DNA of 43,952 bases. It comes from Trichormus sp. ATA11-4-KO1 (GTDB lineage: Bacteria; Cyanobacteriota; Cyanobacteriia; Cyanobacteriales; Nostocaceae). Under the pieces are notes generated by a model, which worked only from the letters and a program-made list of their open reading frames with translations, was not told the origin of the DNA and did no database searches. The stretch lies in the NCBI GenBank assembly GCA_019358915.1, contig JAHHIM010000032.1:1-43952 (forward strand), written 5' to 3'. The number at the start of each line of letters is the position of its first letter. The stretch's first letter is position 1. Position numbers and translations under genes: made by a program. This document shows positions 9,525 through 19,200 of the stretch, one piece after another.

Positions 9525-10424
9525 TCAGATCAGAGGGGGCGCGCTACTACCGCGATCTGAATTATCAGGGAGCGGAATGAATTCAGTTTCACCGGGAACC
9601 GCCGGGAAGCGGCGGTCTTGCCAATCTCGCTTTGCCTGCTCAATACGCGCTGAGCGGCTCGACACAAAGTTCCAGTACTTTGTGCGATCGCCCACTGGTG
9701 CCCCGCCGATAATCATTGCTTTTGCCTCAGCCTCCGCCCGGATATCTACTGATTCATCCGGCGCTAAAACGGCTAGACGATATGGCTCTAACGGCTCTCC
9801 ATTTACGAACAGGCCGGATGTGACGCTATAAACTGCCCTTTCTAAACCTTCTGTTGGCGCTAGCTGAAATTGACCACCCTCTGTGAAAACGAGCGCTAGG
9901 TAAAGAGTAGCAGAGTAGGTTTTAACAGGTGATTGGTGAGATTGGTAGCTACCGGCGATCAAGGTCGCGCTGGTGCCTGTTTGAATCCACCTCGGTAAAT
10001 CAGTCGCCGGATAATGTGAAAAGCTGGGTTCAACTTCTTCAGCGATTTCGGGGAGGGCAATCCAGGTCTGAATGCCGTGAAGAGTAGATTCTTTCTCTCT
10101 AAAACTCTCGGGCGATCGCTCAGAATGAACAATACCTTTGCCCGCTGTCATCCAGTTCACCTCGCCCGGAAAAATCTCTTGTACTGTACCTAGACTATCT
10201 CTATGCAGAAGGCTTCCTTCAAACAAATAGGTAACCGTCGCTAAATTGATGTGTGGATGGGGTCTAACATCGACGCCTTTTCCAGCCGGGAGAATAGCTG
10301 GGCCTAAGTGATCAAAGAAAATGAAAGGGCCAACCATTTTTAGGGTTTTACTCGGCAAGATGCGCTGTACGCTAAACCCACCTAAATCGTGCTTTTCAGG
10401 CGTGATTAATTGCTGAATACTCAT
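9525..10424 (-). CDS. Pirin family protein (second subfamily)
   Basis: GPFIFFDH, VRPHPHINLATVTYL, WMTAGKGIVHSERS, WNFVSS motifs. Confidence 0.93.
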   Translation of the reverse strand: MSIQQLITPEKHDLGGFSVQRILPSKTLKMVGPFIFFDHLGPAILPAGKGVDVRPHPHINLATVTYLFEGSLLHRDSLGTVQEIFPGEVNWMTAGKGIVHSERSPESFREKESTLHGIQTWIALPEIAEEVEPSFSHYPATDLPRWIQTGTSATLIAGSYQSHQSPVKTYSATLYLALVFTEGGQFQLAPTEGLERAVYSVTSGLFVNGEPLEPYRLAVLAPDESVDIRAEAEAKAMIIGGAPVGDRTKYWNFVSSRSARIEQAKRDWQDRRFPAVPGETEFIPLPDNSDRGSSAPPLI

Positions 10425-10480
10425 TTTTGTACGAGCCATTCTTAATTGATGTTGTGGACGAAGATACAATCTTAGTTCTG

Positions 10481-10675
10481 TTACTGCTTCAGATTCTTGC
10501 CTAACTTAACTTCATTGATCGCTTCTGCAAGCTCAGTCAGTGACAAATCTCGTTCGTGTAGCGTCGGCTCTGCCGAATCAAGGTGAGTACGAATATAGCC
10601 GAGTACTTGCTGTAATCGTTTGTGCGTTAAGCCTTTGCGCTTGGCTTCAAGGGTTGGTGTTGTAATTGTTAGCAT
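10481..10675 (-). pseudogene. Truncated AraC-family HTH fragment with a 24-nt insertion
   Basis: LQQVLGYIRTHLD[SAEPTLHE]RDLSLTELAEAIN. Confidence 0.7.
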
Positions 10676-10764
10676 GGTTCAAAGATTGGCAATTTGCTCA
10701 ACAAAACAGGCAAAAGCTAGCCATCGCGCATTCGATCGCTGCAATATTTTGCATTGCCGATCGA

Positions 10765-11511
10765 CTACTGCGCTACAAACCCACCGTCTACCATCAACGT
10801 TTCACCTGTTATGAACGATGCCATGTCAGATGATAAAAACAGGGCTGCATTGGCAACTTCAAGCGGTGTGCCAGCTCGTCCGATCGGGTGAAGCCCTGCC
10901 AAGTAAGCTTTGACTTCATCTGTAGATGCTTCAAACATCTCTGTTTTGATTGACCCTGGTGCAACGCCATTAATGCGAATACCCGCTTTGGCATATTGGA
11001 GTGCAGCAGCTTTTGTTAAGCCTACTACCGCATGTTTACTCGCGGTGTAGAGGAGTATGTTAGGCAGTGCAACGACTCCAACCGCAGATGCCATATTGAC
11101 GATTGAACCACTTCCCTGTTTCAACATCTGAGCGATTTCATGTTTCATCGACAACCAAACGCCTTTGACATTGACGTTCATAGTGCGGTCATATTCCGCT
11201 TCTGTTTGCTCAATCAACGAAGGATTTTCGCCAACCATTCCTGCATTATTAAAGGCAATATCTAACCGACCAAAAATGCCTACCGCTTTATCAACCATTG
11301 CTTTAACATCGGCTTCTTTCGTGACATCTGCTTGCACAAAAATCGCCTCTCCGCCAGCATCCTGAATCAATCGAACCGTTTCTTCACCTTCATCAATTCG
11401 ACGACCAACCACCACCACCTTTGCTTGTTGTTGGGCGTAAGCGATCGCTGTTGCTCTACCGATTCCCGATGTGCCGCCTGTGACTAACGCCACTTTATCT
11501 TGCAGTATCAT
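10765..11511 (-). CDS. Short-chain dehydrogenase/reductase
   Basis: TGGTSGIG, NNAG, YTASK, VDGGFVAQ motifs. Confidence 0.95.
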   Translation of the reverse strand: MILQDKVALVTGGTSGIGRATAIAYAQQQAKVVVVGRRIDEGEETVRLIQDAGGEAIFVQADVTKEADVKAMVDKAVGIFGRLDIAFNNAGMVGENPSLIEQTEAEYDRTMNVNVKGVWLSMKHEIAQMLKQGSGSIVNMASAVGVVALPNILLYTASKHAVVGLTKAAALQYAKAGIRINGVAPGSIKTEMFEASTDEVKAYLAGLHPIGRAGTPLEVANAALFLSSDMASFITGETLMVDGGFVAQ

Positions 11512-11690
11512 TCTGCTTCTCCTGTTTTAATTTCATCGGTTTGTCTCAGGTAAGTTTGTCTCAGCAACTCAGTGACTTCTTGCGCGATCGCAATCAGGGC
11601 ATGATTAACTGAGGAGTCCTGAAGAGAACCAGTCTGAGGTGTACCTTCATGCCCAGAATTATTCTTGCCTTGTACTAATAAATGCGGCAT
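11508..11690 (-). CDS. Small hypothetical protein
   Basis: 60-aa ORF with GAGGA upstream; ATGA overlap with the SDR start. Confidence 0.5.
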   Translation of the reverse strand: MPHLLVQGKNNSGHEGTPQTGSLQDSSVNHALIAIAQEVTELLRQTYLRQTDEIKTGEAE

Positions 11691-11877
11691 AGAATTATCC
11701 TCAATGAAATACTGATTTGTAATTGACTAAATCAATACGAAAAAATTCAGTTGTTGGTATGGTTCAAAAAGCGGCAGTTTTGTTCAGCGAAACAGGCAAA
11801 ATCTAGCTATCAAAATTTGATAGCTTATAGCACTTACAAACAAGTCAGATATGAATTGAGAGCAAAGATAGGGGAAC

Positions 11878-12435
11878 TTAATGACTTGCAGCAATTATGG
11901 CAGCCATCAACTCCGTCGTGTTCCAGCGCTCGGTATACCGAATTCCATTGATAAACAGGGCTGGGGCAGTCGTCACTCCACTGTGCATTCCGCCTTCGAT
12001 ATCTTCGTTGATGCGATCAACATGCACTTGTTTAGACAACTCTTTGAGAAATTGAGGAATGTCAAGCCCTAAATCATTGGCGTACTCGACAAGATAACCG
12101 TTCTCCAACCTTTGTTGATGGTCAAATAAGGTATCGCTCATTAACCAAAACTTTCCTTGGGCGGCGGCGGCTTCGGCTGCTTGGGCTGCCCGTTGCGCCT
12201 GGGGATGAATCTGGATCTGTGGAAAATGGCGGAAGATAAAACATAAATAATCCTCTCCAAAAGAAACCGTAAGCTCTTGCCGAATGATTTTAATCAGCTT
12301 GTAAACGGCTGCACTTCTAGGACATTGATAATCCCCATACATCACTAATACCACGGCGGCACTTAGCACACCTTGACTGTGATCTTGGGTTGAAGCTGGC
12401 ACAACTAAAGAACTGGAACTATGGTCGTCGATCAT
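11878..12435 (-). CDS. DsbA/thioredoxin-fold protein (CxxS variant)
   Basis: YGDYQCPRS, FRHFP, QGKFW, GVTTAPALFING motifs. Confidence 0.88.
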   Translation of the reverse strand: MIDDHSSSSLVVPASTQDHSQGVLSAAVVLVMYGDYQCPRSAAVYKLIKIIRQELTVSFGEDYLCFIFRHFPQIQIHPQAQRAAQAAEAAAAQGKFWLMSDTLFDHQQRLENGYLVEYANDLGLDIPQFLKELSKQVHVDRINEDIEGGMHSGVTTAPALFINGIRYTERWNTTELMAAIIAASH

Positions 12436-12572
12436 CTTTCTACATCTGTATCAAGCATGGAACCTTGCGATTCACTTGCTCAATCCACATGAATTCAATA
12501 TAAGCAATTAGCTTTTAGTTGTCGTCTACAGTGAGTTAACATTTTTAGGCTGTAATTTGATGGAGCAGCAGC

Positions 12573-12612
12573 TCCTTCTTAAGATAGAAGGTAGGCTCTA
12601 ACTTAAGTTAGA
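12573..12612. promoter_or_regulatory. Palindromic candidate operator upstream of the DsbA-like gene
   Basis: Perfect 16-bp palindrome TCTAACTTAAGTTAGA (12597-12612) plus a 12/16 copy at 12573-12588. Confidence 0.5.
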
Positions 12613-12637
12613 ATCCGAATTTGATCGAAAGTACATC

Positions 12638-13267
12638 CTACAAACTTACAATGCCGCGCTTAACGGCAACAATCACAGCTTGGGTGCGATCACTGACATC
12701 TAGCTTATTCAAAATCCGATTAACATGAGATTTAACCGTGCCTTCACCGATGCTCAAAGCAGCCGCAATCTCAGCATTACTCATCCCCTGCGCCAGTGAG
12801 CGGAGTACTTCTAGTTCTCTTTCACTCAGTTCTGGATTGCTGAGACGTTGAACTAACTTTGCTCCCACATCGGGCGGAATGTACTTCTGACCCCGATGAA
12901 CGGTGCGAATCGCATTCAGAAGCTCGTCAGGTTCAGTTTCTTTCAACAGATATCCTTTGGCTCCTGCCTGCAATCCCCGATAAATATCTTCGTCACTATC
13001 ATACGTGGTCAGTACAATAATTCGAGCAGATTTAACGATCGCACAAATTGCACCAATGGCGGCAACTCCTTCCACTTCAGGCATTCGCAGATCCATTAGC
13101 GTTACATCTGGTTGGTGTTCCCGAAAGGCGGCGATCGCTTGTTCCCCATTTTCAGCTTGGGCAATCACCTGCATATCTGGGTCACGGTTAATAATCGTGG
13201 CTAAACCTTGCCGAAAAATAGCATGATCGTCTGCAATCAGAACCCGAATGGTTATGGCTTGGCTCAT
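12638..13267 (-). CDS. NarL/LuxR-family response regulator
   Basis: IRVLIADDH, PDVTLMDLRMP, LSERELEVL...GTVKSHV motifs. Confidence 0.95.
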   Translation of the reverse strand: MSQAITIRVLIADDHAIFRQGLATIINRDPDMQVIAQAENGEQAIAAFREHQPDVTLMDLRMPEVEGVAAIGAICAIVKSARIIVLTTYDSDEDIYRGLQAGAKGYLLKETEPDELLNAIRTVHRGQKYIPPDVGAKLVQRLSNPELSERELEVLRSLAQGMSNAEIAAALSIGEGTVKSHVNRILNKLDVSDRTQAVIVAVKRGIVSL

Positions 13268-13274
13268 CGTGACG

Positions 13275-16200
13275 CTACTCCCAATTGACGGTGACAATAA
13301 TTTCTGTTCCCTGTCCAGGTTGACTCCTAATCGTGAGTTGTGCGCCGATGCGCTCTGCTCGCTCGCTCATGCCGAGTAAGCCAAATCCCTCAGAGGCTGG
13401 AATACTACCAACTCCAAAGCCCTGTCCATTGTCTTTCACGCGCAAGCAGAATCGATCGCGATCGTAGACTAGTTCTACTCGGATTTCGTCAGCATTGGCG
13501 TGTCTGATCGCATTGGTTAATGCTTCCTGCCCAATCCGTAGTAGGTTATTCTCGACTTCAGTGGGTAGAGAATACACTGCACCCTCAATCTCATAATATA
13601 AGGTGGTGTCAGTTGCAGCAGCCCTGATTTGAGCGACGAGACGATGTAGAGCGCTCTGTAAACTGCCTTCCTCCAAAAGCTGAGGACGGAGCGCAACGAC
13701 CGATCGCCGCGCTTCAGACAGTCCAGTTCGTGCCAATTCTTTGATCAGATCCAGGTGTGCCTGAGCTGCTTCTACATCATCCGTTAGCACCTGTTTTGCC
13801 GCTCCCACCTGAGCCAGAATGCCCGTAAACGCCTGAGCGAGTGTGTCGTGAATTTCGCGTGCCATGCGGTTGCGCTCCTCTAAAATTGAGGCTTCTTCTG
13901 CTTGCTTCAACGCCGTAATATCTCGCGCTATCCAAATCACCTGCTCGTGGTCGATTGGGGCAATGCGAGCCGAAAACCAGGCTTCTCGTCCATTTAGAAA
14001 CGCACTGTACTCGACCGTGAGGATTTGTTGGGTTCTCAGTACCTGCTGAATATAACCTAGAAATTCATCGGCTTGTTCCTTTCTGAGTTGATGCATGGTT
14101 TTACCAATCATCTCCTCAAAGGGTTGCCATAGCAGATTTCGTTCCAGTACGATTATTTCAAGGAATCGCCCTTCAGCAGTCAGTACAAATAATGGATCGG
14201 GAATTGCCTCAATTAGAGTCCGTAGCTTTGTCTCTGAGGCTTGTAGGGCTTCTTCTGCTTGTTTGCGATCGTTAATGTCAACGTGGGTTCCCAACATCCG
14301 CATGGGTTGACCTGATTCGTCCCAGGCAACAATTTTGCCAACAGAAAGAGTCCATTTCCACTGACCATCCTGGGTACGCTGGCGATACTCTGCTTGATAG
14401 CTAGGGATTTCTCCAGCAATGTAAGCACGGTAGATTGCGACAACTGATTCTCTGTCATCAGGATGCAAACGAGCAATCCATTCAGAAATGGTTTCGTGAA
14501 ATGTTGCTGGATTGTAGCCCAGCATTAAAGCGTATTCTGGGTTAACAATTCTTTCTTCAGTTTTTAAATCGAGATCGTAGAGTCCCTGATTTGTGGCTGT
14601 TAGTGCCAGGCGCAGCCGTTCTTCACTATTTTGTAGAGCGGCTTCTGCTTGTTTGCGATCGCTAATATCCGCAATCACCCCTTCGATGTAATCATCGTCT
14701 GCATTCAGATAAAGAGAGAAAAGCCCCCAAAACAATGTCCCATCTCGTTTTCGCATCTGGGCTTCAAAGCTTCGCACTTCCCGATCCCGCTTCAGCAACT
14801 CAATGAGGTGTTGGTGATCGCTGGGATCTGCATAATAGCCTATGACGTATTCAAGCCCAATGATCTCCTCTGGTGAATCAAAGCCAAACAGATTGGCATG
14901 GCATTGATTGGCATCGAGAAGTAATCCATCCGAGAGGCGGACTCGGAAGATGCCGACCTGCGAGTTTTCAAAGATAGCTCGGAACTTGGCTTCACTGCGT
15001 TGTAATGCCTCTTCTGCTTGTCTACGCTGGGTGGTATCATTGCCAACCGATAAGATTTCAACGACATCTCCCTGTTCATTGAAGATGGCTTGATTTGACC
15101 AAGCAACCCAAACTCGCCGACCGTCTCGACACAGGTTTTCACCCTCGCCTTGCGGGTACGATTGAGGATTACGAAGTAAATCACGGACAAAGGGTTTGAC
15201 ATCCCGCCCAGAGGTTTCGATGTCTGGAATGATGGTTTCAAATAAGGTTCGCCCTACAATCTGATGTTCTTCATAGCCCAGGAGTTTCACCCCATAATCG
15301 TTGATGTATCGAATTCGTCCTTGCGTGTCATAGCAAATGATGACGGAATTCGCGGTTTGTAGCAGGTTGCGATAATTTGCTTCACTTTGTCGTAACGCAG
15401 CAGTTCGTTCTGCGACCTGTTGCTCTAAAGTGCAGTTGTAGTCGGCTAGGAGTTTCTCGGCTTGTTTGCGCTCTGTAATGTCCTGAAAGGTAGCGATTGC
15501 ATAAGTGATATTGCCCTGTTGATCAAAAACTGGTGTTCCCCGTGCCTCAATTAGAATTGTGACATGATCTCGACGAATTTCTATATCTTCAGTCCTGATG
15601 CGTTCGCCCCTTAATGCCCGCACAATAGGCAAGCTCTCCGCTGGATAGATTTGATCCGTTCCCGCTACATAAAGCTGATAAGCCTCTGATATCTGCTCCG
15701 GTGCTATGGAAGTATCAGTTTCTTTGCCCGTGAGTTGATTGCCGCATTGGTTGGTATAGTAAGGGCGACCCGCCGCATCCACGATCGCAATTCCCACCGG
15801 AATCGCTTCGAGGAACTGGGTGATCTTGCTTTCCTTAGCCCGCAGTTCTGAGTAAAGGTTGGCATTTTCGATGGCGATCGCTGCTTGAGTCGATAATAGC
15901 TGCAAGACCTGCGATCGCTCTGGTGTAAATACTCCAGCTGCTAACCGATTTTCTAAATACAATACACCGACCAGCTTGGCTTGATTCAGCAGCGGCAAAC
16001 AGAAAATAGATTGAGGCTGGTTCTGTTGAATGTATGGCTCATTAATAAAAGCACCTTCACGAGTCGCATCATTTAAGGTGACAGGCTTCAGAGTCCGAAT
16101 CACATATTGAATGATTGATTCTGGCAATTGATCGGCAATTGGAATAGACTGTAACACCTGAGTCGCACAAGCATTCTCATCGGTATTGAGTTCACAAGCC

Positions 16201-19200
16201 GCTTCAATCAACCATTCTCCTGAGTTTTCTAAAATCAGATATCCGGTTTGTGCGCCAGCATTCTCAATTAAAGTTTGCATCAGTGATCGTAGCAATTGCT
16301 TCAGTTCAATTTCACGAGAAATCGCCTGTGAAGCTTTCATCACTGCTGCTAAATCGAAAGCGGTATGGAAGGGATTAGTGATAGTTTCAGCAATAATAGG
16401 AATTGATGTGGAAGCGGCTCTAGGCGACTGAGAAAAGAACTGTGGATAGCGTTTTTCTAAGTCTTTGACTTTAGCGGTCGCGCCCCAGCGATCGTAGCAA
16501 TAGTGCGCTTCTTTCATATAAGTTTGAGCAATTTTTGACCGACCTCGCACCAGATAATGTTTAGCCGCTAATTCATAAGCTAATGCTTCTTCCTGGATAT
16601 ACTCATTTTCAGCAGCACCCGATATCGCCCGTTCATAAAACTCTTCAGCCTCAAGAAATTGCCCTAAGACTCGTGCTTTCTCTGCCTCGACTAGATAAAA
16701 TTTATGTAGATAATTCATTGGGGCGTGTTCTGCCCATTTCTGCATTTTTTCTTGGTTGGTGTTAACACAGTTTAGCCAAGCTACTTTTTCAGAGTTTGAA
16801 GCATCGAACGATAGGCTCAAAAGCGCTAGAGAATGGTAGAAACAGAATACAGGTAAAACTGTTATTGCTGTCATCTCTTCAAAATATTGCCTTGCTAAAA
16901 TAGCAGTCTGTATAGCTTGATGATATTCTTCAAATAAATAATGCAATATAACTTTGTGCAGATACAGCATTTGAATTGCAATTCCATCTTTAACTGCAAT
17001 AGCGTGTGGTAATGCCTCCTCTTCATTACATAGCCTACTAACTAAGTGGCTAGGATTAAGAGACCTATCTAGCAAATTAAGAATGGTCTGCCACAATATT
17101 GCAAGCCAATTCGAGGGGCTTGCCCGTCTGATTTGGTCGATCGCTTTGCTGTAAGTTGCTGTTTTTTGTTCTAGTTGGGTAAGTTCCTCTCCAGCAAGAA
17201 ATGAGTTATGGCACACGAAATATGCAGCATAACCAGCAGATTCAAAGTCTCCAGTTTCCACTCCATTTCGATAGGCATCAGCCAGCATGGGTATTATCTT
17301 CCTAAGATGCACCTTCCAGTGCAGGATATGGACACTCGAAAACATTAATGTTTTAGAATTTCCTTTTTTCGCATTTAACCGTTCTGCCAAACCCAGAGCC
17401 AATTTGCCGAACTCATAACCGAGTTCAATGTCTTGAACAACTCCACATAGAACAAACCCATAGCAAGCATAATACAGTGATGACCAGATAGCATTACCGT
17501 AGTTGATTAATAAATTTATCGTTTTGCAAGTAATCAGTATCCACAGTGTTGGTAACATTATAAATGCAGCAGATCCCATATTCGATAGGATTGACATAGC
17601 TGCCAACACTTCTGGTTCAGTCATTTCCGGTAAATTAATCAAGTCTTCGATTTCTCGTTTTGCAAGTAGCGCAGATGTTAACTCTAATTCCCTTTGAATA
17701 TCTGCCTGACTTGGATTTTCTATTAAATCTATTCCCAGGAGCTTTAACGCTTCCAATCCAGTTTTCAGTGCTTCTTTCAGGTTGCCCTGTGACAAATATC
17801 CTTGGATTCTGCTGTCGTAAGCCTGCACTTTGTCAACTACTGTTTTAGCACGATCAAGTACCACTTCTACCAACTGTTCCATCTCATCAAAGCGACCCTG
17901 GAGATACGCCGCTTCTGCTGCTTCTGAGTACAGCGCTAAGGTAAGGTCATACTCACTGACCCAACTGTCTGTATCTAGGAGTTTCAGTCCTATATTGAAA
18001 TACTGAAGAGCTGCTTCATAAGCCGTCGCACCTTTTGCTTTCTGACCTGCCATTAAATTCAATTTGGCAATTTCATTTCGTTCTAGTTGAGCAGTGACAA
18101 GCTTAATTCCCTGATTGAGATGATCCACGACTTCAAATAGCCGATTGGATAGTCGCTCTGGTGAAGTTTTTTCGAGTAAATTGCGACCGATTTGGAGATG
18201 AACAGCTTGTTTGTGCGACTCATCAATCAAAGCATAAGCAGCTTGCTGTACCCGATCGTGCAAAAACTTGTAGTCTTGAACTAACAAGTTTTCGTCTAAT
18301 TCAGATAGAGGTTGAATTAATCCAGCTTGGATGGCTGTTAGTAAATCTAGAGAAATTACTTTCGGCGATTTTTTACAAGCGATCGCTAACGTCTTTAAAT
18401 CAAATTCAGCTCCAATACAAGCGGACAGACAGAGAATTTGCTGTGTTGCTTCCGGTAATTTCTGCAACTGACGCAGCAGCAACTCCACCACATTGTCAGT
18501 AAAATCTTGAGCTTCAATCTCAGCCAGGTTCCATTGCCAGCTCAACCGTTGTGTATCAAAGACTAACAGATTTTCTCCATACAGCAGTTTCAAAAATTCA
18601 CCAACAAAGAACGGGTTGCCCTCGGTTTTACGTGACACAGCTTGGGCTAGGGAACGAACAGTTTCAGGATTGTGATGTAATGTCTCAGCTACCAGTTGAC
18701 TCAACGATTCCAGTGTTAAAGGAGTCAGGGTAATTTCTTGAAGCGCTGCCCCCTGCTTTCGCAAGCTCTCCAGCATCAAAATTAATGAATGCGTTGGAGA
18801 TACTTCATGATCTCGATAGGCTCCGATCAAAAACAGAGATTGAGTTTGCTCGTCAAGCAATATGAGTTCAATTAACTTCAGCGTCGCAGAATCGATCCAC
18901 TGTAGATCGTCTAAAAAGACGACCAGGGGATGCTCTTTTGCACAAAACGCCCGCACAAACCTTTGAAACGTGAGATTGAAGCGATTGTGTGCTTCTGTTG
19001 CTCCAACTTCGGGCACAGGTGGCTGCTTGCCAATAATGAACTCAACTTCGGGAATGACATCTACGATAATTTGTCCGTTGCTTCCCAAAGCAGTGAGTAG
19101 ACGTGATCGCCACTGTTGCAACTGCTCATCGGGTTCACCTAGCAGTTGTTGCACCAGTTTTTGCAGGGCATGAGCGATCGCGCTGTAAGGAATATTACGC

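Noticed and set aside
124..12435. True integron cassette array
   Set aside because: No recurring attC-like GTTRRRY/RYYYAAC elements between genes, and the recombinase is distant and not recognisably IntI.
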